Shown: positions 26,101-36,700 of the stretch, piece by piece
How the letters are laid out: every line of letters begins with the position of its first letter
Position numbering within the stretch: the first letter of the stretch is position 1
Origin: Macrostomum lignano
Lineage: Eukaryota
Length of the DNA stretch: 64,000 bases
Reading direction: 5' to 3'
Assembly: GCA_002269645.1 (NCBI GenBank)
Contig: NIVC01001999.1
Location: 1 to 64,000 of the forward strand
The notes under the pieces: generated by a model
Told to the model about the DNA's origin: nothing
The model's database searches: none
The model's input: the letters and a program-made list of their open reading frames with translations, nothing else
Translations under genes and position numbers: made by a program

Positions 26101-28973
26101 AATCAGAGTAGCCAGAGGGAATGTTGGGCAACTTACCGTTGCGCATCCAGGGTTCCTGGATCAGGATGAGGCCTGGCCTGTACAGCTCAGCAATCTTCAT
26201 CAGATTTACTGACGCAGATACGCAATGCTGTAAATGAATTTGCAGACAGAATGTCGCTCCTTTGGCAGCGTGGAGCTTAGTCATACTGTATTAAATGCAA
26301 TTTCTGGCTAGAGCCCAGGGCCATCAAGGAGACTTGGACAACAGATCGTCCTCGTCCCAGGCCGCTGGGGCTTGACTGGGAGATGGGAGTTGGTCGACGT
26401 CCATGGCCTCCTCACCCCCACCGGCCCCCCAGCAGAGTCCTCAGGCTCCGATGACAGGATGGAGGAAGCTTCCTCACCTGCATCTTTACCTTCAGACCCC
26501 ACCAAGGTGGCCGAGGAGAGCTCGGATTCCGAAGACCCGGCCTCGTCCTCAACTCCTTCTCCGACTGGCAGGTTTGGTTCCCGGGGCTTGGCCGGAGCCG
26601 TTACCGCGGTCGCCGAACTGCTGCTAGCAGAGGGGCGAGATGCAGCTTTGGCTTTGGGATCGGCTTGCGCCTTTCCTTGGGCCTTAGACTGCGCCCCGCT
26701 CTTGCCGGAGATGCCGGGGTTGGCAGTAAGCCTTCCCTTTGGCAGACTTTCCTCGGCGCATCTTGAGCTTGAGGGCACCCAGCTGGAAAGAGGATCCATT
26801 AGGGTACCGACTCGCCCAAGTGCTGGAAAGGCCGAGGACAATTGAGTTGCCCGTCTCCCCCCTGCGGACTTTACGGTGATACACCAGTCCACTAGCAGGG
26901 AGGTCGGGGTTCAGACGCAGTAGGACCCGGCGAATAACGTCTGGTCCAGCTGCGGTGCTCTTAGCAGGGACGAAAACCACATAGGGTATCGTCTTTGGAC
27001 GCTGGCCCTCGCGAAGAAAAAGAGCTCCGCCAAGGTCAGCATCCAAGGAGACCGTCGGTAGCCGCTGGAGCAGCTGCCGAGCGTCCTCCTCACTGCTGGA
27101 GCAATAAGAACGAATGTGCTTCGCAGCACCATCCGCTCAATGCCGATGGAGATTCCCTCCTCGACAGTCAGCTCAATCAGATAGGAGTCAACAGCACTCC
27201 ACACTTTTTGAAGCTGATCAGTGGTCCAGTCCTGGTCGCGACCTTGGATGATCACTCCCGGGATTTTGGCCTTGGCCTTCGCCGCAAAGGTAGCTCCCGA
27301 AGGAACCTCCTTGTTGGCAGTGGCCATTTGTTGCGCCGTGGTTTCGGCCTCAGCAGCCGCGGCAGCAGCTCCAGGGAGCGCCGCCGCTGAACTACTGGAG
27401 CTTCCACCGGCCGGCCCGCCTGGTTGCCTTGGGACTCCAGTCGCTTCAGCATCCATGGTGGACGCCGCCGCTTTGGCCCCCGCAGCTCCCTTCTTGGCCT
27501 GCCTTTTGGCGCGTTGTTTAGCGCGTTTGCGCTCAAGCCGAGCCCGCTGAGCTTCATCGGATCTGCCAGATTTGGCCGGTCCTTTAGGCTCAGAGCTCGC
27601 GGTTCCCTTAGATCCACCAGCGGAGCTGGCAGGTCTTTGGGTATTTTGAGTTTGGTAGCTCTGGTCGGATCTGCCAGCAGAGCCAGCCGGTCCTTCCTTT
27701 GCCACAGTTGAATCAGTCGGTTGGGATCTGCCAGGAGGGCCGGCCGGTCCTTCGGACTGAGGTTGGGGTTTAGAAGGGTCCCCGTCCCTAGAGTTAGCTT
27801 GATTATCCATAGACGGCTCGAAGGCCATGATAAAAGGTTGGTGGGCTACCCTCAAAGGGGCGCGGTACCCACCCGGCCGCTCCACCTGACCGGGCAGTAG
27901 GCCAATAGCACCCTCAAGGCTGGCCCGACACCAGGAGGGGGACCGCTTGCGACCGGACTACTCCCCGGCCTTCCAGCCCATCGGCACGGTCAACACCTTA
28001 GGCATTAGAGAGTACGTTGAGCAGTACCACGGCCTGCAGGTTGGCGAGCCAGACCCGCATACCCAAATTCGGCCGAAGCCACTGGATAGGGTCGCCAGCG
28101 CCGGAGCCCAGTCTGTCCAGCAGCCCTAGGGACTGCCTTGAACACACGCGGGGACGAGTACCCTGGGTCGACTTGCGAGACAGCGTGGGGGGGGGGGGTC
28201 TGCGGCTGCCAGAGGCAAATAGAGGGTGCAGACCTCCCACCAGCCTTGACCTGCTGAAGATAGGGGCAGGCGTGAAGCATCGCAGACCTTAGCCCATGGG
28301 CCTAGTCTGTCTCATACTTCACTGGCATGCTGAATACGCCTTCGCGTGCAAATTTCAGGTGAGATTGTAGGTGAGATTACAAGTAAGATTGTAGATGAGA
28401 TTCCAGGTTAGATTGTAGATGAGATTCCAGTTGAGATTGCATGTTAGATTTCAGGTGAGGACTCTGGGACAGAAGGAATTTCGGTGAGACTTGAGATTAA
28501 CGAGTTCCCCTTCGCCTCCCGTCCCCGCTAGATACGACGCCACAGCAGAGGATCTGATTGACGTGATCGAGGGCAACCGAGTGTACATCCCGGCCATCTA
28601 CGTGCTGAACAAGATCGACCAGATCACCATCGAGGAGCTGGACGTGATCTACAAGATTCCCCACTGCGTGCCGATCTCGGCGCATCACAAGTGGAACTTT
28701 GACGACCTGCTGGAGCTGATCTGGGACTACCTGCACCTGGTGCGCATCTACACCAAGCCCAAGGGCCAGCTGCCTGACTACGAGGCGCCCATCGTGCTGA
28801 AGACCGGACGGCAGACTGTTGAGGACTTCTGCAACAAGCTGCACCGCAGCATCATCAGGGAGTTCAAGTACGCCCTGGTGTGGGGCTCCTCCGTCAAGCA
28901 CACGCCGCAGAAGGTCGGCAAAGATCACGAACTGGCCGATGAGGATGTGGTTCAGATCATCAAGAAGGTTTAG
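17122..28973 (+). CDS. DRG1: Developmentally regulated GTP-binding protein 1 (OBG family, TGS domain)
   Basis: Exons 17122-17160, 20756-21115, 21907-22169 and 28532-28973, all GT-AG, total 1104 nt = 367 aa. Motifs [30 protein letters not shown]. Confidence 0.95.
17495..19380 (+). mobile_element. tRNA-derived SINE copy A, split by a DNA transposon (17495-17666 + 19227-19380)
   Basis: Both halves align with the intact copy at 59656. B-box-like ggctcgattcc. Confidence 0.7.
17667..19226. mobile_element. TIR DNA transposon derivative with 4-bp TSD (ACAT)
   Basis: Ends ggcccattccatataa / ttatatggaatggccc. TSD acat at 17663-17666 and 19227-19230. Removing it restores the SINE sequence gtgtacatgc. 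Confidence 0.75.
19714..20030. mobile_element. Possible old hAT-like MITE
   Basis: TIR tagagatgtcccgaaa / tttcggaacatctcta. The flanking 8-mers match at only 5 of 8 positions. Confidence 0.35.
21140..21860 (+). repeat. 34-bp intronic minisatellite (DRG1 intron 2)
   Basis: gaagaatcaggggatctgtagcagctgggtggct, about 21 copies. Confidence 0.95.
22544..26284 (-). CDS. Retrotransposon ORF2: AP endonuclease, reverse transcriptase, RNase H, C-terminal Cys/His finger
   Basis: Uninterrupted 1246 aa: [17 protein letters not shown]; QGGVLTP, YADD; YTDGSK, SDSQAAL, WVPGH..GNELAD; CSFC..ETAEHF..C. Confidence 0.95.
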   Translation of the reverse strand: MTKLHAAKGATFCLQIHLQHCVSASVNLMKIAELYRPGLILIQEPWMRNGKLPNIPSGYSDFYVCGPGNSRPRAAILAASHLQAWLRTDLSDGDLCVIQSNHFSPRTCLVASVYIPGDRDPAPESLLRLAQYCESQNAELCLGGDLNAHHKHWGSKDTNTRGEELLALISNTNLMLCNRGSTPTFNNGRWTEVLDATLVTPRLFDRVEEWRVWSEEPSLSDHCFIAFNIADTKTQSPITWRRNIRNTDWAAYKAALDLHLQELTDLRPIETCEDVDHMAETLTGCIIEAYEAACPARAYKGKTSAPWWNPELGKLRRKAKSLHRRAMKTGNPEDMELFRQASRNFKSEVRKAKECKWRQFCNELDQDRPTSRLVKALTMDKMSKLAMIKKDDGSLTKDPEEVLQHMLSTFFPRVPTARPEPNHSMDGATLAAGIVTEDLIARAVRTFKPFKSPGPDGIYPVLLREAAKIPSFLRLTRNLMRASIQLGYVPKCWTEARVVFIPKPGKGDYQSVKAFRPISLTSAMLKLTERLILWRLLSCELTAMPLSNNQHAFRTGRSTDSALHAIVEKIERAVLGDGYALALFLDIVGAFDNVIFEAFQRALQNRKAHATLIRWIMYMISNRTVTAQLLGQTASTRVCKGGPQGGVLTPTLWNLVMDALLSDSRPDPVFKVGYADDVTAIVAGPSPSTLRDLMQSFIRKAESWANDNGLELSEPKTVAIMFTSRLRWNIRPLQLYGRDIAFAHQTRCLGVTLDHRLNWSFHVKAKAKRASAILAQLRRALGTSWGLSPKRLWWIYTSVVRPAITYASVVWVSATQVKSHADLLNTIQGRACRLICNATRSTPFAGMGAFLNLPPLDLFIRGEAARTTRRLIDAGVKFIYMRAPAKRNLVPHSDLCLNFLNECQANRVFTDGIASTLNLRQRYSVAIDSRDNINDHWNPGELHCYTDGSKQSANTGFGVGIFLNGRVIATHAQYTGVNSSVFQNEVLAISSCTAELLATGVTGKNIIFHSDSQAALHAISGCSTNSATVLDCIKLLNVLGSANKITLKWVPGHVGIRGNELADTLAKVGASGSSLGPEPLVPIPGCVIDSRIKAWIRTQHRSTWANRTNCRQSRGAVPQPSHQLRKLLLRLSRRDIRAATMTLSGHGCFSRHQYLQGNATNATCSFCNSGDETAEHFVSICPAFTRARLTYLGPHTSITEACKPENFNQLMRYLRATRRAELSFPESTIAAGDTGGPPWAAPTLRP
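26308..27885 (-). CDS. Retrotransposon ORF1, broken by at least two frameshifts (~27100 and ~26730)
   Basis: Three overlapping frames in the ORF track join into one protein (…TFAAKAK…LIAP / …PYVVFVP…LKLK / low-complexity tail). The stop lies 23 nt before the ORF2 ATG. Confidence 0.65.
28104..28349 (-). ncRNA. HDV-like self-cleaving ribozyme at the retrotransposon 5' end
   Basis: P1 GCACGCG/CGCGUGU with G.U at +1; P2 GACCCA/UGGG(C)UC; P3 GGG/CCC; L3 UACUCGU; P1.1 AC/GU; P4 GCAGUCC/GGGCUGC; J4/2 CAGAC. Folded by hand. Confidence 0.8.
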
Positions 28974-29272
28974 GTGTTGACTGGAGGTGATAAGCTGAAC
29001 TTTTTTGTCCTGTTAGTGCGGTCTGTTTTCTCGGCTTTCTGCATTATGAAATATTAAGAGTATTGTGAAGCCTATCATTTATTAAATACACTGCATGCCT
29101 ATCTTATTATTGCGTCTTGACTGCCCGGCTGACAATTCCTGTTTGATGTCGATTTCACAGCGATGTTCTTTTAAACCGTTGTCGAACGTAGAAGTTCGAT
29201 GAGCGCTGCAAGTTAAGCATAGTTGGCCACGGTTAGCTGAGATAGATATTTACCTGTGCAAGGTGGGGTTGA

Positions 29273-29415
29273 GGGGGGCGTAGTGGTCTGGCGCGGCTCT
29301 CTGATGTGCCAGCGGCCCAGGCTCAACTTCACATTGATTTGGGGCAAAATTGGAGTCTCGACTTGGCTCTGCTCGTGCAATTAACGCCCTTGATGACCAA
29401 CTTTCCAAGACTCAA
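29273..29415 (+). mobile_element. tRNA-derived SINE copy B (partial)
   Basis: Similar to 59656-59800. Confidence 0.65.
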
Positions 29416-30617
29416 TCTGTAATATAAAAATGACTGCTGCAAATGCAAAATCTTTACAATCCTACTATCAGTACTATAAGAAAAAGCGAGTGTTCAACAT
29501 TGTCATTATTTAGCAAGTGACTGAAAAGTTCGCAAACGCAGACTTTTTAAATGCCCGCTTTCACAAAACGAAAAACAATTTTTTGAGTTTGATAACAGAC
29601 TCAACAACTACGCAAGGACCACTAGAAGAAGGACGGGACACTTCGTTTCTTGGAAAATTTATTAAAGGCTGATTTTCACGGAAAGATGCACTAGCGAGAT
29701 AGTAACTTTTCACATTTTTCACTTTAAAATGGTGACAGCTTTTTATTGGAAGCAGATACAAAGCTCTTCTTTTGATGTAACTTACAAAACATGTTGCTTC
29801 GACGGGTTTTATAAATATTTTTTCGTGAATAGTTGATCTTCATATTATTTTAGTTACTAGCTATACCATGCAGCAATTATAGTCTAAAGCTAACTAGTGA
29901 CTAACTTGAATTTTACAATATCTGTTTAATCGAATTAAACTTCTTCTTCTTCTGAACTTGTTCTTCTAGTGGTCCTTGCAACTACGAAGTACCCGGATTG
30001 ATATTTACGATGGGGAAGCAGGATCTACTTTGCCTTTTTGCTGATGAATGTACATGTGGTTTACACTGTAACTTGAGGCTGCACATGAACACGGGGGCCG
30101 CCACACTGAGGTCTCCCGCTTATTCTCCCTGGAACTCCCAGGCCAGCTCAGAGGCCATCAGTGCCCGCCTGCAGCTGCCATAATCCCGTTAGCTGTGCCG
30201 CCACAGAATTCACCACCGCAGATGTGGAGATCAAGAAGCTGCTCAGCCAACTCGATCGAATAGGCAGAGTTCTTATCCTCTTTAGTCTTTAGCGCCTCTC
30301 TGATCGAGTGGTCCTCAGAGACTGGGAGCTGCACTGCCGAAGATGAACATAGCGAGAGATGAGGCGAGAACTGAAGCTGAGGGCAGAGCAACGCCTGCAG
30401 CTCCAAGTGGAGCCAAGGGCGCCAATCGAATTTCATGGCCCCAGCTGTTGAGTTATTTTTATTTTGCATTGGCCAATTTATGCGGCTAACGGAGTTGCTG
30501 GAGAGGCCATAACTGTGGGGACTTAAAGTGGCCGAGTGGGCGCAACGCCGCGTGCTCTGTCGCCACCAAGTTGACATTGGTGTGCGTAAACTGGCACTGA
30601 GAATCATTATAAACTGG

Positions 30618-31776
30618 CACTGAGAGTCACAATAAACTGACACAGAGAGTCACAATAAACTGGCATGAAGAGTCACAATAAACAGGCACTGAGAGTCACA
30701 ATAAACTGGCATGAAGAGTCACAATAAACTGGCATGAAGAGTCACAATAAACTGGCATGGAGAGTCACAATAAACTGGCATGAAGAGTCACAATAAACTG
30801 GCATGAAGAGTCACAATAAACAGGCACTGAGAGTCACAATAAACTGGCATGAAGAGTCACAATAAACTGGCATGAAGAGTCACAATAAACTGGCATGGAG
30901 AGTCACAATAAACTGGCATGAAGAGTCACAATAAACTGGCATGGAGAGTCACAATAAACTGGCATGGAGAGTCACAATAAACTGGCATGGAGAGTCACAA
31001 TAAACTGGCATGAAGAGTCACAATAAATAGGCACTGAGAGTCACAATAAACTGGCATGAAGAGTCACAATAAACTGGCACTGAGAGTCACAATAAACTGG
31101 CATGGAGAGTCACAATAAACTGGCATGAAGAGTCACAATAAACTGGCATGGAGAGTCACAATTAACTGGCATGAAGAGTCACAATAAATAGGCACTGAGA
31201 GTCACAATAAACTGGCATGAAGAGTCACAATAAACTGGCATGGAGAGTCACAATAAACTGGCATGGAGAGTCACAATTAACTGGCATGAAGAGTCACAAT
31301 AAATAGGCACTGAGAGTCACAATAAACTGGCATGAAAAGTCACAATAAACTGGCATGGAGAGTCACAATAAACTGGCATGGAGAGTCACAATAAACTGGC
31401 ATGAAGAGTCACAATAAACTGGCATGAAGAGTCACAATAAACTGGCATGGAGAGTCACAATAAACTGGCATGGAGAGTCACAATAAACTGGCATGAAGAG
31501 TCACAATAAACTGGCATGGAGAGTCACAATAAACTGGCATGGAGAGTCACAATAAACTGGCACTGAGAGTCACAATAAACTGGCATGGAGAGTCACAATA
31601 AACTGGCATGAAGAGTCACAATAAACTGCCAACTGAGATCCCAATCTGGCATGGAGAGTCACAATAAACTGGCACTGAGAGTCACAATAAACTGGCATGG
31701 AGAGTCACAATAAACTGGCACTGAGAGTCACAATAAACTGGCACTGAGAGTCACAATAAACTGGCATGGAGAGTCA
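30618..31776 (+). repeat. 23-bp minisatellite (gagagtcacaataaactggcatg)
   Basis: About 50 copies with variants. Confidence 0.95.
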
Positions 31777-32689
31777 CTTGCTGTGCATGCTTGTGGCTGA
31801 TTGCGCGACACATTTCATACCGGTTGATCAGCTGATCATACTGAGCTGTCTGAGTCTGAGACGATAACAGCCATACGTGCCTGTTTGTTGCTGTCATGCT
31901 CATTCACCCACCATCCTCATCAGATTTTATTTGCGATATCAAGTTCCGCGCTTCAACTCTGATAGGAACTATTTTGACATGGACATAGCTTGTATACCTA
32001 TCACACTGGACCATCAGATTGACAACTGCTTGACATATCTTAACTCATATTTTGGGCCCATGCAAAAGACGCTTTTACTTGCGTCACATTGCATGGTTAC
32101 TATACTATTATTTCTTCAAGTCCATGTATAATAGCATCTCGCACGCCTCGGTACACTCTTCAGCGTTTCTTGAGAATCTAAAATAATAATTTCTGTTATG
32201 CCGACTGCTCCAGTCCAAAAATTTGTTTTTACTTTATTGCGTCACGAGGAGATGGCTTTGCAATGACCGATTTTTTTATGTTGCATATACAAAGCTTTGG
32301 CGTTTCCTTCATTATTTTTTTTCAACCCCGCAGACCCCATGGAGGCTGCCCGAGAGCCCTCTTGCAGTAGGTGCAGTTGTAAATAATAAAAGAAGCCTTC
32401 CTGCACGACTCGCAGGAGTTTGAGAAGCTGTCGTAACCGCGCGCACGCAGGAAGCGCCGCTCGCATTGATTTGCATGTCTGATGAGGCTCGGCGGGAGCT
32501 GCACGGAGGGAAATCCCGGTTCGCCGTCAGAGGTCAAACCTCGGCTGGATGAGACCTCCTCACACATGGAGTCAGGCAGCTCAGCGGGGAGTCCTGCATC
32601 GATTTCGAATCCACTGCGCGAGCATCTCTGCTAATCAATTATGCAACTCAACTGTGAGCAGGGAAAGTGGTGTTGAGGGCTCAGCCCCT

Positions 32690-33185
32690 TCCCTCTCCCT
32701 TCTCTTCCAGTCCTCTCTCCCTTCTCTCCCCTCTCCCTTCTCTTTCCCTCTCCCTTCTCTCCCCTCTCCCTTCTCTCCCCTCTCCCTTCTCTCCCCTCTC
32801 CCTTCTCTCCCCCTCTCACTTCTCTTCCCTCTCCCTTCTCTCCCCTCTCCCTTCTCCCCCTCTCCCTTCTCTCCCCTCTCCCTTCTCTTCCCTCTCCCTT
32901 CTCTCCCCTCTCCCTTCTCCCCCTCTCCCTTCTCTTCCTCTCTCCCTTCTCTCCCCTCTCCCTTCTCTCCCCTCTCCCTTCTCTCCCCTCTCCCTTCTCC
33001 CCCTCTCCCTTCTCTTCCTCTCTCCCTTCTCTCCCCTCTCCCTTCTCCCCCTCTCCCTTCTCTTCCTCTCTCCCTTCTCTCCCCTCTCCCTTCTCTCCCC
33101 TCTCCCTTCTCCCCCTCTCCCTTCTCTTCCTCTCTCCCTTCTCTCCCCTCTCCCTTCTCTCCCCTCTCCCTTCTCTCCCCTCCCC
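32690..33185 (+). repeat. Polypyrimidine CT-rich simple repeat
   Basis: (ctctcccttctctcccc)-type units. Confidence 0.95.
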
Positions 33186-33569
33186 TATCTCTCAACCCCC
33201 TGCCCGATCTCCTAGGTGCCATTCACGTTAATCTGCTGTGCTGTGCAAAATGAGGGGTTGCTGACACGCAAGGTGCACGGCAAATGCTGCGAATTGCACC
33301 TGCAATCTGGATCGCCACCAAAAAGTTCTTTTTTGGTCATAAATACTCGCTCAGCCAAAATGTGCCAACAACAGACTCGATTGTTGGCGCCACTTTCAAT
33401 TTTTTCCGCCAGCGCAGGTGCCACTCGGCGGCCAGTGGCGGCAAACATCAAAGAGCGTCAATCGCACACATCAATCGAGCCTGCCCATGCAGCCCCCCAA
33501 CCCTGAGTGAGCAGGAGGGTGAGAAACAGCTAATTGCTTGGCTGCCACGCGGGCCCCACTGCATCGTCT

Positions 33570-33620
33570 AATTGGCCAACCCCGCCCCGCCGCGGCCGTC
33601 CGCCATTGGCTGCCCCGCAG
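33570..33620 (+). promoter_or_regulatory. Putative proximal promoter of the LIM-homeobox gene
   Basis: Inverted CCAAT (attgg) motifs and a GC box ccccgccc about 100-150 bp upstream of the ATG. Confidence 0.3.
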
Positions 33621-33718
33621 GCTCCACTGAGTCTCCCGCTAGACGCAGACTTCTCTCCTCTCCTCCGCCCGCTTGAAAAGCCACTCCATTACTGTTGCTT
33701 CACGTCCGGAGCTTCGCT

Positions 33719-36700
33719 ATGACACTCTGCGGATTCGAACCGGCGACCTCCACTGCCGGCGGCGCCGGCGAAATCGACATCGACATTGGCATCGACCAGG
33801 ACGACGATTCGATTACTGGTAGCGAGGGCGACAGCCTGCCGGTCAGCTCAGCGAGCTGCGCCTCCGGCTCCGCTGCCGGGCGCGGCGGCGGCGTCAAGCG
33901 CGCCGCTCCGGGCCAGCAGTCCGCGGCAGTTGGTGGCGATGAGCCGGCAGAATCCGACGAGCAGCAACCGCCGGTCAAAGCTGTCAAGGTTTGCACCGAT
34001 TGATTTATGGCACTTGATGTTGGTGCGACATGCCGGCCACGTTATTGACACCCAAAGCAGAGGCCTGACACCCAAAGCAGAGGCCTGACACCCAGGGTTA
34101 GAGATCCTGACTCCCAAAGCAGAGGCCCTGACACCCAAATTTAGACACCCTGACACCCAAGGCTAGAGACCCTGACACTCAAAGTTAGACACCCTGACAC
34201 CCAAATCTAGAAACCCTGACACCCAGGGTTAGAGACCCTGACACCCAAAGCAGAGGCCCTGACACCCAAAGCTAGAAGGCCTGACACCCAAATTTAGACA
34301 CCCTGACACTCAAAGCGAGAGACCCTGACACCCAAATTTAGACACCCTGACACCCAAGGCTAGAGACCCTGTCACCCAAAGTTAGACACCCTGACACCCA
34401 AGGCTAGAGACCCTGACACCCAAAGCTAGAAGGCCTGACACCCAAATTTAGACACCCTGACACTCAAAGCGAGAGACCCTGACACCCAAATTTAGACACC
34501 CTGACACCCAAGGCTAGAGACCCTGTCACCCAAAGTTAGACACCCTGACACCCAAATCTAGAAACCCTGACACCCAAATCTAGAAACCCTGACACCCAGG
34601 GCTAGAAACCCTGACACTCAAAGCGAGAGACCCTGACACCCAAAGCGAGAGACCCTCGTCAGTCATTAGCCAGTTTATTTTGCCATGAATGGGTAGTCCG
34701 GCAGTTTATAGCCACCATCAATCTGCCTCATTGAGTTGAAGCTCATCCTTAACAACTCCGGAAGCTTCGTACAGCTCGAGATTCTTAATGACAAGTTCTA
34801 ATGCAGTGCGAGGGGATTAAAACTTCGAAAGAGGGATTTTCGCTATTCAACAAGTCTCAAATCGCCCGAGATCTTTATGACCGGCTTTGTTCTGCGCGTG
34901 TTTGCAGCTGCTCAAAGCTGAGCCCTTCACTTTTTATTGAAGTTGCCATGCTAAACTCTAACGGATCGCCTGGTTACGGTTTGGCCGTCTTGGTTTGGCG
35001 TCTTCAGGCTTCAATGGGCAGAGATTAAGACCGCCTCGAGAGCCAAGCCCGCCACTTCAGCCTCTTGTGGGGCTGCATGGCCTGTTCCGCCTCTCCTCCA
35101 CGTTTCTCCACCGTTGTGAAATCTGGCAAGCCGGCTCAGAGCTCGTGCAGACTCGCAGACTCGAGGCCTCGTGCCTTTCCGGGATGTGACGCAATCAAGC
35201 AGTGATTTTGCAATCAGAGTCCAATAAAAGCTCTTTTACTCTGCAACTATAGAGACATGCAGACTTCGGTTGTTGCTGGGAGCAAAGTTCGAATCCCCGC
35301 CAGAGAAATTCCCGAGATTGTCCACTTGTCTTTTGTGCGCGCAGCCGCACCACTTTCTTCACTTGTTGTCAACAGGGAAAAGTTGGCGACTCTCAAGTGG
35401 CGCCTCTCACTTCAGTATGCTGACTTAATTGCGACTGTTGAATACCTGAGACAGCCTGTGCACGGCTGCTCTACCCAGAATCTACATTTTACCCTACACT
35501 CTACCCTGCAATCTACACTCTACCATGCAATCTACACTCTACCCGACAATTTACAATCGACCTTACAATCTACACTCTACCCTACAATCTACACTCTACC
35601 CTACAATCTTCAATCTACCCTTCAATCTACAATCTACCCTACAATCTACACTCTACCCTGCAATCTACACTCTACCCTAATCTACACTCTACCCTACAAT
35701 CTACACTCTACCCTTCAATCTACAATCTACCCTACAATCTACACTCTACCCTGCAATCTACACTCTACCCTAATCTACAATCTACCCTACAATCTACACT
35801 CTACCCTGCAATCTACACTCTACCCTAATCTACAATCTACCCTACAATCTACACTCTACCCTTCAATCTACACTCTACCCTTTAATATAAACTCTACCCC
35901 AATCTACAATCTACCCAATCTACAATCTACCCTATATCTACTCTACCCAAATCCACCCGAAAACTGCTGATTTCAGGTGAATCTGCGGCACACGCCGCCG
36001 TGCTCGGCCTGCGGTCTCCCCATCGTCGACTGCCAGCTGATGGCTCTGAGGCGACCGGTTGTCAAGTGAGTCAGGCTGCTGCGGGTGCTTTTAATTTTTT
36101 ATTACTGCAAGTTAATCTTTCTACTTCGGGGGCAATGCAAAAGTGAGCGCACAGCCAAAGCAGAAATGCGCCTGACCCACTGATTAAAGGTAACCACAGG
36201 GGCAAAAGCCAACCCACTGCGATCACGCTGTGTACAGCATGTAGGGTGTTGGCGCGGTGGGGTCGCATATTTCATTCTGTGTCTGGCGATGGGGCGTTTC
36301 ACAATCTCGATCGAACCTTCACAATCTCGATCGAACCTTCACAAGCTCGAACCTTCACAAGCTCGAACCTTCACAAGCTCGAACCTTCACAAGCTCGATC
36401 GAACCTTCACAAGCTCGAACCTTCACAAGCTCGATCGAACCTTCACAAGCTCGAACCTTCACAAGCTCGAACCTTCACAAGCTCGATCGAACCTTCACAA
36501 GCTCGAACCTTCACAAGCTCGATCGAACCTTCACAAGCTCGAACCTTCACAAGCTCGAACCTTCACAAGCTCGATCGAACCTTCACAAGCTCGAACCTTC
36601 ACAAGCTCGATCGAACCTTCACAAGCTCGAACCTTCACAAGCTTGATCGAACCTTCACAAGCTCGAATCTTAACAAGATCAAAAATTCACAAGTTCGATC

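Larger units (their letters stand above)
22446..28349 (-). mobile_element. Full-length (5904 bp) LOA-like non-LTR retrotransposon
   Basis: 13-bp TSD aaatttcaggtga at 22433-22445 and 28350-28362. Tail (taagtcaag)2. Two ORFs. The clade is inferred from the APE-RT-RNase H-Cys/His finger layout and non-polyA tail. Confidence 0.9.
22205..28470 (+). repeat. 12-bp minisatellite (gtgagattgtag/atgagattttag) split by the retrotransposon
   Basis: Array halves at ~22205-22445 and ~28350-28470. Confidence 0.85.

Noticed and set aside
22791-28292. Many short ORFs overlapping the retrotransposon on both strands
   Set aside because: Shadow frames of GC-rich coding sequence with no recognisable motifs.
32478-32525. 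CUGAUGA plus hairpin resembling a hammerhead core
   Set aside because: GAAA does not follow stem II and no stems I/III are evident.
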